61,843 nt of DNA, from the IMG/VR virus record IMGVR_UViG_3300048813_000081, positions 1 to 61,843 of that record. The stretch is one strand, 5' to 3'. Each line of letters opens with the position of its first letter. The first letter of the stretch is position 1. Below, in pieces: positions 28,797-38,167 of the stretch. This stretch comes from a virus. Lineage: Duplodnaviria; Caudoviricetes. Position numbers and translations under genes: made by a program. The notes below the pieces were generated by a model. It ran no database searches and was not told the origin of the DNA. It saw only the letters and a program-made list of their open reading frames with translations.

Positions 28797-29225
28797 TTAT
28801 GATGCGTTTGCATTTTGTTTCTTAATTGCTCTATTATACGTTCTGATTCTATGACAATTAGCACATACTAGTTCGCATTTAGCTAATTCGTTTGCTAATT
28901 TCTCACCCGTATAACCCGTAATAACCGCATTGGAAATTTCAAATCTTTTTATACCTCTAACATGATCGAAATCCATTACACATGAAGGGTAGGTTATACC
29001 GCAATCAATACAAGGTCGGTTTTTCATGTCTTGTAATTTTTTCTTTCGTTTGAACCGTTTAAGCCTTTCATATTCATTAATTTTGATCCGATTCCTGCGG
29101 CGCCATTGCGTATCAAGTTCTTTTTTGCATACTTTACAATAATACAATCGCCCATCCCTACTGCTTGTAGAATAAGTAAATTCAGTGAGCGATTTAGTAA
29201 TATTACATCTAATACAAATTTTCAT
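28797..29225 (-). CDS. HNH homing endonuclease
   Basis: MKICIRC..CKVC zinc finger; CIDCG..MDFDHVRG..KCELVCANCHRIRT. Confidence 0.9.
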   Translation of the reverse strand: MKICIRCNITKSLTEFTYSTSSRDGRLYYCKVCKKELDTQWRRRNRIKINEYERLKRFKRKKKLQDMKNRPCIDCGITYPSCVMDFDHVRGIKRFEISNAVITGYTGEKLANELAKCELVCANCHRIRTYNRAIKKQNANAS

Positions 29226-30295
29226 GATGCATTAGCATTTTTTGCTTCTTGATCGTCTGATACTTGTTGAACCATAGGACCTGATTCTCCAGAACCGGTT
29301 TGTACTCCAGAATGCGTATGTCCTTCCATCCATTGTGCGTACACATCAGTTAATAAGGCTTTCATAGTTCCGGTTCCCAAATTAACCGTATCTGATTTAA
29401 CATTAGTAGTATCTGAAGTAACGTTCACTACACCATCGGGGACGTTTAAGTTATAGGTATTGTTGTTACCGGTTATGTTAATCGTTAGTTCCGAATCGTT
29501 ACTAGCTATGTTTATAATGTAACGTCCATCACCCTGGGCACTATCTGCTGTAATGTTCAGAGTCTTAGCCGCAAGTCCCCGGGTTGTCGATAAAATAGTT
29601 TCATTAGTATTTGCGTTATTAGTCTGACCATCAGTTGCGATATTGTCTATATTCAAGTTAGCATTCACAGTATCCGGCTGGTCACCGTTTTTATTAGAGT
29701 TCGTTCCTACAGCTTGCACTCCTAAATTCATAGTCTGGGTTAAGTCTGATGGAGTTTGATTAGTTTGTACTACTGGAGCAGGATTCGTTAGACTAACTAA
29801 TTCAACTAAATTATCATTACTGAAATACAAGTAAGCACCGGTGCTATGTTTAAAGAGCCATTCGCCAGGAGCTGCCTTAACGTTAGATAAGTCCTGATAA
29901 CCCGTAGGTGGTACATCAACCTGATTAAACATCTGCACCGACTGTATGTACAGTCCACGTTTAGTTCCTAAGACATGTACTAGTACCTGCTCTGACAAAG
30001 GCACATTACCATTCTGACTATTTTTCTGAGCTAGCGGATCTGTGACTGTAGCTTGCCCGAAAGGCAGTAACTGTATACCGAATTGATTACCGGCTACTGG
30101 TGTGCCTAGTGGTATCCAACCGGATTCCATATAAGTAGTGTTGTCGTTAGTCCACGAAGGAATAACAACTTTAATTCTGTTTGTTGTCGGGTCAACGCCT
30201 GAGACTTGCCCTACTAAAGTAAAGACATTAGTGCCTGCAGCTTCACGGGCGTTCTGCAGGGCTAAGTGGTTGAATTCGATAAGGCCATCGATCAT
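29222..30295 (-). CDS. Baseplate spike (gpV/gp5-like)
   Basis: GQVSGVDP..RIKVVIP..ESGWIP OB-fold; beta-helix repeats; tip motif HTHSGVQTGSGESG. Confidence 0.85.
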   Translation of the reverse strand: MIDGLIEFNHLALQNAREAAGTNVFTLVGQVSGVDPTTNRIKVVIPSWTNDNTTYMESGWIPLGTPVAGNQFGIQLLPFGQATVTDPLAQKNSQNGNVPLSEQVLVHVLGTKRGLYIQSVQMFNQVDVPPTGYQDLSNVKAAPGEWLFKHSTGAYLYFSNDNLVELVSLTNPAPVVQTNQTPSDLTQTMNLGVQAVGTNSNKNGDQPDTVNANLNIDNIATDGQTNNANTNETILSTTRGLAAKTLNITADSAQGDGRYIINIASNDSELTINITGNNNTYNLNVPDGVVNVTSDTTNVKSDTVNLGTGTMKALLTDVYAQWMEGHTHSGVQTGSGESGPMVQQVSDDQEAKNANAS

Positions 30296-30753
30296 ACTAT
30301 CTGCTCCGAATACGCGGGGTTGAACGGTATCGCCATGAACGTACTGCCATCTTTATTGGTTTTACGTTCTAACCTAACCTCACCAAAATTAATACTAACA
30401 CTTAACGCCTGCAAGTCAATCAGGTATCCAGCAGCTAATGTATTCTTATCCATAGCGAAGGCATAGAATAAGAAATCAGGTCCGGTAGTTGTATTTAATA
30501 GTTTTTCGTATTCAGATGGACCGGCTCCACTAGATGTTCTAAGCGTAAAGTCCTTAAAATTACTATAAGTTATCTGCCTAATACGCACTGCGAACTTTAA
30601 TGTTGGAACGACTAAATCGATACCTAACTCAGTATCTTGCTTAAAATTAGCTTCGGCTATGAACTTACGTCCAAGGGCAGCCTTGACAGCAGACATATGT
30701 CCATCGGACCATGAGCGCCGGGTTTGGTATCCTGCGGTGTTGAGGTTAGGCAT
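30292..30753 (-). CDS. Hypothetical protein, possible PD-(D/E)XK-like fold
   Basis: QDTELGIDLVV..AVRIR..FTLR..SEYEKL..DFLFYAF. Confidence 0.45.
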   Translation of the reverse strand: MPNLNTAGYQTRRSWSDGHMSAVKAALGRKFIAEANFKQDTELGIDLVVPTLKFAVRIRQITYSNFKDFTLRTSSGAGPSEYEKLLNTTTGPDFLFYAFAMDKNTLAAGYLIDLQALSVSINFGEVRLERKTNKDGSTFMAIPFNPAYSEQIV

Positions 30754-31093
30754 CCAGAATAACCTCACAAGGCTTACCTGATTTTTTAGCCATATCAATA
30801 GTTATTTTAGTACCTTTTGATGTGCCATCCCAAAATGCTACGATTCGATCGGCTGTTTCTACTATCTGTCTGTTTCGCATAGCACCTGCTGATTTGCCAT
30901 ATTTATACCAATTCGGTCGAAAGATTATGCTTTCTATCGAACAATTGTTTGCTATTAGTTCTGCTGCTGCATCTACTCCAAAAGCACCACCGCTAACTAA
31001 TATGTCACCAGGTTTAAACCATGTCCTAATATAGTCGGCTACTAAATCTAGTGCTTGAAAATATCTACTACCTACTATAGCTATTTTACTCAT
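30746..31093 (-). CDS. SLOG family protein (YspA/DUF2493-like)
   Basis: KIAIVGSR..LVSGGAFGVD..W.KYGKSAGAMRNRQIV..VAFWDGTSKGTKITI. Confidence 0.85.
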   Translation of the reverse strand: MSKIAIVGSRYFQALDLVADYIRTWFKPGDILVSGGAFGVDAAAELIANNCSIESIIFRPNWYKYGKSAGAMRNRQIVETADRIVAFWDGTSKGTKITIDMAKKSGKPCEVILDA

Positions 31094-31095
31094 AA

Positions 31096-31407
31096 CTAAA
31101 ACTCCCATCCATTGCCATGTTTTTGATATAAACCGTTATGGCAAACACATTTGCAGGTAGCAGTAATGGTAGTACGCATAAAACCGTCTTCAGTTCGTTT
31201 TGTTTCTTCTTTCGTACCGCAAGCCGTGATATGGCAAGCAGGATAAGAGCACTTGCCTTTGCATTTTGCTATACGTTTTTTCTTATCAGAGTGTAAGCAT
31301 TTACTGCATAAATCTGGTAATTCAGATAAATCCCATAATGATTTCTCCATGCCCTGATGACATTCCAGACACGGAACCGTTTTAGTGGTGAGCATTAAGC
31401 CTATCAT
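31096..31407 (-). CDS. Cys-rich hypothetical protein
   Basis: Multiple CxxC/CxC motifs; coupled ORF. Confidence 0.45.
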   Translation of the reverse strand: MIGLMLTTKTVPCLECHQGMEKSLWDLSELPDLCSKCLHSDKKKRIAKCKGKCSYPACHITACGTKEETKRTEDGFMRTTITATCKCVCHNGLYQKHGNGWEF

Positions 31408-31718
31408 TCAGACTCCATCCACGTGATCGTATACTCTGGCACTACGCCCGCAACAGCACCATGTCTTACTATTAGACCGTTATCAACTCCACCCTCAATA
31501 TAGAAGCTACCAGTAAACACGCTAGGCATAGCCCATACATGTCGACCATCACCATCAGCTACGGTTATATGCCCACCGTTTTTATGCACTTCGATCGCTG
31601 AAATTTTTATATTCTTAGCTGATGATAAGCGGAAAGTACCATTCTCTTCCGGCTGGTAGGAGAATCGTTTGCCGTTGGCTATTACTGGTGTGTCTATGGC
31701 GGTGCTAGGGTGGATCAT
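31404..31718 (-). CDS. Hypothetical beta-rich protein (paralogue of 41710..42072)
   Basis: Shared C-terminal pattern G.F..(E/D)GG.D.GL...(T/V)W.E. Confidence 0.5.
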   Translation of the reverse strand: MIHPSTAIDTPVIANGKRFSYQPEENGTFRLSSAKNIKISAIEVHKNGGHITVADGDGRHVWAMPSVFTGSFYIEGGVDNGLIVRHGAVAGVVPEYTITWMESE

Positions 31719-31764
31719 GCTAATCCACCTAAACCCGTTCCGCAGTATATTATGGTTATCATAT

Positions 31765-32223
31765 TTACGCCAGTCTAAAGAACTCCTGTGCCGACAGTCT
31801 ATCTAAAAAATCAGATAACTGTCCAGTTAATATCCCGTATTTGTGATTAATAATTCGTAAGCATTCTAAAGCACCTCCAAGATTTAGGTTTTTAGGCATG
31901 TTGAATTTGAAACAGTCGATAACTTCAGTAACGGCTAATACTTCGGATGCGGGGATAAGTAAGGATTTCACTAACTTACCGGTTAATATATCCAGAGTAT
32001 CTATAAGTAGTGGCTCCTTCTGTGCTGCTGCAGACTCAAACCACATACTGTCGTATGAACCGGATTTAAGCTTCTGCTTCTGTATGACATCTATCTCATA
32101 AAGATTCAGTGTATCTGGGGGAGTATTTTGATAGTAATGATATAGTTCGCCCTCTGTAGTTCCTAGAATAACTGCAGATGATGGTAAGGATAATGTCACA
32201 TGGAATAGGAGGGATGATTGCAT
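31765..32223 (-). CDS. Hypothetical protein
   Basis: 152 aa ORF co-oriented with neighbours. Confidence 0.45.
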   Translation of the reverse strand: MQSSLLFHVTLSLPSSAVILGTTEGELYHYYQNTPPDTLNLYEIDVIQKQKLKSGSYDSMWFESAAAQKEPLLIDTLDILTGKLVKSLLIPASEVLAVTEVIDCFKFNMPKNLNLGGALECLRIINHKYGILTGQLSDFLDRLSAQEFFRLA

Positions 32224-32244
32224 CCATACAGTGTACTCTGTGGA

Positions 32245-32439
32245 TTAATTTTTGTAAAGCATTTCCGCTGCTTGCCTAAATACTGAATTAGTATATTTTA
32301 ATGTCATAGATAAACCTTCTAGAGTTTTAGTCTTTTCAGCAGGAGGCAGTAGTTCAGATAAATCTGCATAAAAAATCATAACAGCTTCGTTGAACGTAGC
32401 AAAGATTTCTTGTAGTCGGGTGTAGGTTTCACTCTGCAT
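32245..32439 (-). CDS. Hypothetical protein
   Basis: Overlaps the stop of the upstream ORF. Confidence 0.45.
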   Translation of the reverse strand: MQSETYTRLQEIFATFNEAVMIFYADLSELLPPAEKTKTLEGLSMTLKYTNSVFRQAAEMLYKN

Positions 32440-32737
32440 AATCAGCCTGCTTCAAAAACCGGCAATCAATAAACGGTTTGCCAACAGTGAAATCACCCAT
32501 GCCTTGCTTGAAGGCATTGGCTTCCACAGCTTTGCGTTCGGTAGGGTTGTTCCACTTAAAACTGCTACGTCCTGGTTGACAAGTCACGCGATACTCAGGC
32601 GTATTCACGGCCGTGCCGGGTTTCATGTGTTCTAGGAGTGCTACGTTGACTGTATCGATTTCTGTTTGTATGCTCTTGGATTCTAATTTTAATCTAGCTA
32701 ATTTATCTGCTAAGACTTCGACTGTTATTGTTTGCAT
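32429..32737 (-). CDS. Hypothetical protein
   Basis: GAGGT RBS; coiled-coil N-terminus. Confidence 0.55.
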   Translation of the reverse strand: MQTITVEVLADKLARLKLESKSIQTEIDTVNVALLEHMKPGTAVNTPEYRVTCQPGRSSFKWNNPTERKAVEANAFKQGMGDFTVGKPFIDCRFLKQADYAE

Positions 32738-32790
32738 TAGTAATACCTCATCTGATATCAGTAATATACCGTGAGTAGAAACTAATGTGA

Positions 32791-34086
32791 CTATTTATTT
32801 AATAATGATTTACAGAACTTAACAATACGATTCTGGAGCTTCGGCTTTAAAACATTCAACAGTCGTGTCCCGTCCGGAACCCCCAAGCCAGTACAACAAT
32901 CGTAACCAGTGGTAGCAGAATAGGCACCATTATTACCAGAGGTAACATCAAAAAACACTCCTGGATTTGCATACATTACATCCTTTAAATTACTCACCGG
33001 TTTATCTAGATTACTATTTAATAAAGCATTCAGTCCAGCCATCAATGGTGCTACAGCTGAAGTACCGCCTATTACCGATTGCTGTCCATCGACATCAACT
33101 ATATATCCGCTACTAGGGTCGGCGTTGCCGGCTATGTCGGGGACTTTACGACCGGATGTTGATACGCCGCCGCCGGTAGCACCTTCATTAGATAGCCACT
33201 CAGTCCATACGGTCTCCGATTTACGACTACCATCACTATTAAGAATAAGTTTCGTGCCGCCACAGGCTATCGAATAAGGCGAACTAGCAGGGAAGTCAAC
33301 GTGGTTACCAGTTTCTCCATCACTAGAGCCATTATCACCCGCAGCGACAAATACATTAATACCAGCATCAGTACAACTCTTGATAGCATTATTCATAGCC
33401 TCTTGTGCACCTGAATCCCATTGATCTTCTGGAGCACCCCAGCTATCGGAGATGCAGTTCGGTTTCTTAAAGTATGTAGCTATGTTAGAAATAGCATTAA
33501 TATAGCCATTTGTAGTATTCGGAGCAAATACTATTAGAATCTGCACTCCAGGAGCTACCGCTGCTACAACGCAAATATCTAGGGAGACCTCACCATCGGC
33601 ACCATCTGCTCCATCGGAGACGTTAGCTCCTGTAGAAAAATTATGTTGCCACATGCGTGGGTAGGCTACACCCATCGATTTACAGTAGTTCAAAACGTTA
33701 GTCGGGTTAAATCCACCGCCCAATTCTATAATGGCTACGACTTGATCTTTAATAGCTGCTGTCGGTTTAGGGAAATTATAAGCCTTGGCGACTTGCAAGG
33801 GGGTGAGAGGTGATGCCGAAGGACCGAAAAGACCACGGGTCAGATGATGTGTGGGCCGTTTATACAACCCCTCACCATGCTTATCCGACAAAATACATAG
33901 GATGTGATGACCGAATAGTTTTTTCAGGTGTGTTATGATCCCAGGATTCGAAGCTTCAAACCTGATAACTCTGTGTTCATGAAATAATGCCGCTGTTAGC
34001 TTCTTCATGCGTAGATACTTAACTATATCCAAATGAAAGCCAAGACCTGAATCTGATACGGGGCGTAGGTGGATTGAATATTTCAT
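32791..34086 (-). CDS. Sedolisin/kumamolisin-like peptidase (S53)
   Basis: IIELGGG, GEVSLDI (Glu/Asp), SWG, AAGDNGS, DFPASSPY, VPDIAGNADP, GGTSAVAP (Ser), DVTSGNNG..GYD.CTGLG. Confidence 0.92.
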   Translation of the reverse strand: MKYSIHLRPVSDSGLGFHLDIVKYLRMKKLTAALFHEHRVIRFEASNPGIITHLKKLFGHHILCILSDKHGEGLYKRPTHHLTRGLFGPSASPLTPLQVAKAYNFPKPTAAIKDQVVAIIELGGGFNPTNVLNYCKSMGVAYPRMWQHNFSTGANVSDGADGADGEVSLDICVVAAVAPGVQILIVFAPNTTNGYINAISNIATYFKKPNCISDSWGAPEDQWDSGAQEAMNNAIKSCTDAGINVFVAAGDNGSSDGETGNHVDFPASSPYSIACGGTKLILNSDGSRKSETVWTEWLSNEGATGGGVSTSGRKVPDIAGNADPSSGYIVDVDGQQSVIGGTSAVAPLMAGLNALLNSNLDKPVSNLKDVMYANPGVFFDVTSGNNGAYSATTGYDCCTGLGVPDGTRLLNVLKPKLQNRIVKFCKSLLNK

Positions 34087-34256
34087 TAATTAGAATCCTG
34101 TAATAATAGTATAGCCCGCTCTAGAATAGTATTCATTAATTTCTGCGGTTCTTCGTTAATATGCGATCCATAAGTAGATAATTCACCGACTGCTAAATGT
34201 AATGCCGTTTCTAAGAGTACAGGATCTGCTGGTTGGCATATAATATCATTACTCAT
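34086..34256 (-). CDS. Small hypothetical protein (56 aa)
   Basis: Hand translation MSNDIICQPADPVLLETALHLAVGEL...; AGGAG RBS; TAATG coupling to the S53 gene. Confidence 0.5.
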   Translation of the reverse strand: MSNDIICQPADPVLLETALHLAVGELSTYGSHINEEPQKLMNTILERAILLLQDSN

Positions 34257-34296
34257 AGAGTTCTCCTGATAAGTAGGTTAATTATACAGATTTCTG

Positions 34297-34325
34297 TTGA
34301 CTTGGTAGTTAGTATGATTTAATAT
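34297..34325 (+). promoter_or_regulatory. Sigma70-type promoter (TTGACT-17-TAATAT), likely leaderless mRNA
   Basis: ATG 34332 lies 6 nt after the -10 with no RBS. Confidence 0.55.
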
Positions 34326-34331
34326 TTCAGC

Positions 34332-34763
34332 ATGAGAGTAACTGATTTAGCATGGGCAGCAGGAATTATTGATGGCGAAGGTTGTATACACATTAGCCGT
34401 GTTAAAGCTAGTGTGTGCAATCAAAGACAATCAGATCGCTATTCGCTTATGCTGAAATTAACTATGACACATAAAGAAACTATCGATAAATTTTATACTA
34501 TATTGCCGGGAGCTACGATACAAACAGGACAAAGACCAAACCGCAAACGAACATATACCCTGAATTACAGAATTACAAAAGCAATAGCGGCAATCAGACT
34601 CCTGTTACCCTATTTAGTCACCAAGAAAAAAGAAGCAAAATTAGCATTAAGATATGGCAATGTGCCTGCATGGCCAAGTCGATCTGGTAAGCGTCCTGCA
34701 AGTTTAACTCAATTGCGTCATACTTATTATTTATTAATGCGTAGGTATAAACATGAAAGTTAA
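34332..34763 (+). CDS. LAGLIDADG homing endonuclease (single motif)
   Basis: DLAWAAGIIDGEGCI; LLLPYLVTKKKEAKL. Confidence 0.9.
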   Translation: MRVTDLAWAAGIIDGEGCIHISRVKASVCNQRQSDRYSLMLKLTMTHKETIDKFYTILPGATIQTGQRPNRKRTYTLNYRITKAIAAIRLLLPYLVTKKKEAKLALRYGNVPAWPSRSGKRPASLTQLRHTYYLLMRRYKHES

Positions 34764-35559
34764 ATTGTTTGGAGATGTAACTCCTGTTGATTGGGCGGCC
34801 CTCAATATTCGCATGCCATTCGCTCCGATGCATGAGTTGGCAGAGAAGTATGAATTAACTGAAGTTAAGAAAAGCTACATACCTGCGCTAGAAAATAATG
34901 TTGATGATTTAGGTCATATTTTCGAAACCGATATCAATGTTTTAGATGGTAGGGAATTATTTAAACGTGTTAAATATCGTGCTAATAATACAGTCGCTGC
35001 TCTAGATCGCTGTACCCCCGACACTATCTGCATTAACCTCAACGGCGGCTATCACCACGCCGGAAAATACCCCAATACGGGATATGCGTATAGTTTAATT
35101 AACGATCACATTTGGGCTACTGACTATCAGCTAGAACGATATAACAATATCAGAATAGGCATCTGGGATAATGATTTTCACTATGCTGGTGGGACTATTG
35201 AATACTATAAGGATAGTTCACAGGTTGATGTATTTTCTGAACACGCTCCGCTTAGAGGCGTTTTATATAAACATCAACACTTAAGACAAGAGGGATTGGG
35301 CTGTTATATGTTTGACTTGAATACAGTCGATAAAGTTTTACTAAATCTAGGAACGGATTATTCTACAGAAGACGAATTATTCGGACAATATGCCTGGTAC
35401 GATCGCAGCTGGGTAATGGCTTTCTGGAAGAATACTATTATGCATGTTCTAGAACATAGAACACCTCTAGCTATAACTTTCGGCGGGAGTTATGGAGATA
35501 AGGGGATTAGTATGTACAAAGAAATTATTACTTTTTGCCAGGAATTGCCAGGACTCTAA
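34753..35559 (+). CDS. Zn-dependent deacetylase (HDAC/AcuC family)
   Basis: GGYHHAG; IND; IWDNDFHYAGGT (DxDxHxxxGT); LGTD; GGSY. Confidence 0.75.
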   Translation: MKVKLFGDVTPVDWAALNIRMPFAPMHELAEKYELTEVKKSYIPALENNVDDLGHIFETDINVLDGRELFKRVKYRANNTVAALDRCTPDTICINLNGGYHHAGKYPNTGYAYSLINDHIWATDYQLERYNNIRIGIWDNDFHYAGGTIEYYKDSSQVDVFSEHAPLRGVLYKHQHLRQEGLGCYMFDLNTVDKVLLNLGTDYSTEDELFGQYAWYDRSWVMAFWKNTIMHVLEHRTPLAITFGGSYGDKGISMYKEIITFCQELPGL

Positions 35560-36055
35560 TAACCCCACCGGTATACAGATCAAGTTCCTCAGCGACCCGA
35601 ATCGCATCCTTAGCAGTACCACCAAATGTCATAATAGCTAAAGCGAATTCTTCGCCAGAGCCGAATGCAAACGGTGCTGGTATAGGCGTTGGATCTTCCA
35701 GGCTGTGATTATATAAGAACGCTTCACCGTCATCATTAATGACTAATATGAGCCATTCATCACTCTTGGCTAGTGCTAGTTTAGTGGGTACGAATTCAGA
35801 TAACGGTTTAGTAGTCGCAAGAAAGAATTTCTTAACAGGAGCTGTAAAAGCAACATCTCCAGCAGCGGCTATTGTTGCATGTCTGGCTGGTGAATAAGCG
35901 ATTTTAGGAGCGGCAGATTGAAACTTAGTATGTCCAGATGTAGACTGACTATCGCAAGCTAGAGTTTTGCCATCGAACGCAATAGTAGTACTCCACGCAG
36001 GCATATATGAGCTTAAGGTCATAGAAACTGCTAGAAGTAATGATTTATAGTGCAT
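35528..36055 (-). CDS. Ntn-hydrolase (proteasome beta/HslV-like) with N-terminal signal/propeptide
   Basis: TTIAFDGKTLACDSQ; AGD; FAFGSGEEFA; A.DAIRVAEELDLYTGG. Confidence 0.8.
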   Translation of the reverse strand: MHYKSLLLAVSMTLSSYMPAWSTTIAFDGKTLACDSQSTSGHTKFQSAAPKIAYSPARHATIAAAGDVAFTAPVKKFFLATTKPLSEFVPTKLALAKSDEWLILVINDDGEAFLYNHSLEDPTPIPAPFAFGSGEEFALAIMTFGGTAKDAIRVAEELDLYTGGVIRVLAIPGKK

Positions 36056-36064
36056 AACTTATAA

Positions 36065-36919
36065 TTATACCTTAACAATTCGTAGTGCCTGCAAGATATC
36101 TTCGAATCTGCATCCCCTGTGGCAGAATAAGACGTTTTTATCGGTATTAACGCACAAGTTATTACAGGATCTGTCGAAGCCTTTGGAGGCGCAACAGGGA
36201 CACTGTCCTATTAGTTCGCCACTGCCTGATTCCTTGAACTCCCAATGTGAAGGAAATTCCGCCAAAAGGGGTGTTTTAGGTTTATTCTGTAACCGTCGTG
36301 AACGTTTTTCCACTAAAGCCGGCAGATTAGAGGCTATTGTAACTACTAAATCACCAGAATTGGGGGACTGTTGAAGAAACCAATCTAGCTGGTCATCGTC
36401 GGGACAGTCTAAGAATAACCCGCGCTGACCTGTTTTCTTGTGAACACCTAACGGTAAGCGTACTAGATTACCTAATTGTTCTGGTTTTATAGATGTTTGT
36501 TTAGGAAACGATTCTGCCTTTAGCCCTGCAAGCATGCATGCATATATTCCCATTCGATGTACCAACGCTGTAGCAACCGGTCTATCGAATAAGAGCCATA
36601 CGTGTCCCATACGACCGGGGCGTACCGATTCGCGTAAATAAACCAAATTATTAATATTAAGGTAGTGCAGAAGCCTATTAAATTCTGTTGTTTGGTGGTC
36701 ATCGTCGATATCTATGCATAAAAATTTGCTGGTATTGTTTGCTGGGCTGGTAGTGTAAATGCCTAAAGTTTGTTTCCCCGTGAAATGATCTTCTAATAGT
36801 GAATTCGTAATCGACTGTCTGATAGCTAGATAAGAGCCATTGGTTTGCTGTAGCCCGTGGGCGTTCGGGTTACTTTGAAACCTCTCCAGGAACTGCCTCT
36901 CTCTGCCTATCACGCTCAC
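36065..36919 (-). CDS. AEP-superfamily primase-like protein with C-terminal Zn finger
   Basis: HFTGKQTLGIY..FLCIDIDD..GHVWLLF..ESFPKQ..GNLVRLPLG; CPCC..CHRGC. Confidence 0.75.
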   Translation of the reverse strand: MSVIGRERQFLERFQSNPNAHGLQQTNGSYLAIRQSITNSLLEDHFTGKQTLGIYTTSPANNTSKFLCIDIDDDHQTTEFNRLLHYLNINNLVYLRESVRPGRMGHVWLLFDRPVATALVHRMGIYACMLAGLKAESFPKQTSIKPEQLGNLVRLPLGVHKKTGQRGLFLDCPDDDQLDWFLQQSPNSGDLVVTIASNLPALVEKRSRRLQNKPKTPLLAEFPSHWEFKESGSGELIGQCPCCASKGFDRSCNNLCVNTDKNVLFCHRGCRFEDILQALRIVKV

Positions 36920-37088
36920 GTATGCACCTTATGAAATCAGTATATGTGACTGTCTGTTTAACTGCGCCGAATCGCTGACATAATTTCACGAACCATGCAG
37001 GACGTTTAAATAAATATCCCAGCATATAATAAACCATATAAAGTTTGATTACTAGTTTCCATGCTGTGAATTGTGCCTGTTGAATCAT
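36870..37088 (-). CDS. Hypothetical protein
   Basis: Co-oriented overlapping ORF in a tight operon. Confidence 0.3.
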   Translation of the reverse strand: MIQQAQFTAWKLVIKLYMVYYMLGYLFKRPAWFVKLCQRFGAVKQTVTYTDFIRCIRERDRQREAVPGEVSK

Positions 37089-37233
37089 GCCAATAAATCC
37101 CGCCTATCGTTTCATGTTCGGACATTGCTGCATTGCAAAACTCTTGCACTTTGGTTGTATCGACATGCGTGAAGCCGTAGTTCTCTAAAACTATGGTGTC
37201 AATTTTAGCAGTGCTGTCGAAGATGATTTTCAT
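37006..37233 (-). CDS. Hypothetical protein
   Basis: ATGA overlap with the upstream ORF. Confidence 0.45.
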   Translation of the reverse strand: MKIIFDSTAKIDTIVLENYGFTHVDTTKVQEFCNAAMSEHETIGGIYWHDSTGTIHSMETSNQTLYGLLYAGIFI

Positions 37234-37703
37234 GGACTTAACCGTAGAGCGAAATCCCTAAGCACATTTTTTTCTTTAGCTCTGATTTTAAATTCCTTAG
37301 CTATATCACTAACGTTCTGACCATCGAATAACTTATCACATACTAGCTGAACTAATATATAACTGTCTAATTTGGGTAAGTCGTTATACCTGATATTTTT
37401 CCAACCGTTATCATGAAACATTAATACATACACAATTAACCATGTATGCCACATATTAACGTTACCTGTGACTATCTCTACCGGTAGTTTCTTGCGGTAT
37501 TCGCGAATGGCAAATAAGCGACTGTTGATAGCATCCTTATCGGCCTTATTATGCTTAGATTTGATAATTAATCCGCGTTCTTCTAGACAGTACATGTATA
37601 AGTGTGAGAGCCAACCTCTGACGTCCTGCATTTGATTGATCTGTTCTTCGGTGATTAGCTCCGTGGGAGACATTTCGCTTTGGGCTATCAGTTCAGCCTG
37701 CAT
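37230..37703 (-). CDS. Hypothetical protein
   Basis: 157 aa coupled ORF. Confidence 0.55.
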   Translation of the reverse strand: MQAELIAQSEMSPTELITEEQINQMQDVRGWLSHLYMYCLEERGLIIKSKHNKADKDAINSRLFAIREYRKKLPVEIVTGNVNMWHTWLIVYVLMFHDNGWKNIRYNDLPKLDSYILVQLVCDKLFDGQNVSDIAKEFKIRAKEKNVLRDFALRLSP

Positions 37704-38049
37704 AGCTAAAATTCTGAAAATCTTCAGAGAGATGAACTGAGAGAATATCTGCTAATTCTAAAAAAGTCATACCATTATCATTTAATTCAGCGATTTTATT
37801 GTATATACGCATAGGTATATTAAATATTGCTTTATCTCCGACTGGAGCACTTAAAGTTCTGTCATGATTTAGTGCATGAAACACCATCATTGCACACATC
37901 TTAGGTCCGGCTTGCATCCTACCGTCTGTGTTTTGTTCATATTCGCCTGAACGCAGAGCGTTTATGAAATCCTGCTTGGTAACTGTTTTTACTGGTGATA
38001 ATACTGACATAGAAACCTCTTGACTGACTAGTGAATTATAAGTGTACAT
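37693..38049 (-). CDS. Hypothetical phage protein
   Basis: FINALRSGEYEQ..MCAMMV..LNDNGMTFLELAD motif seen in small phage proteins. Confidence 0.6.
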   Translation of the reverse strand: MYTYNSLVSQEVSMSVLSPVKTVTKQDFINALRSGEYEQNTDGRMQAGPKMCAMMVFHALNHDRTLSAPVGDKAIFNIPMRIYNKIAELNDNGMTFLELADILSVHLSEDFQNFSYAG

Positions 38050-38167
38050 TCCTGATTTAATATATTAATTCTTATCCAACTTCAAGCATCGTTTCAAATG
38101 ATCACGATAATTTCGCTTCTGAAAACTTACTATGAATAGCATTGCTAGGAATACGCTACCGAAGAAT

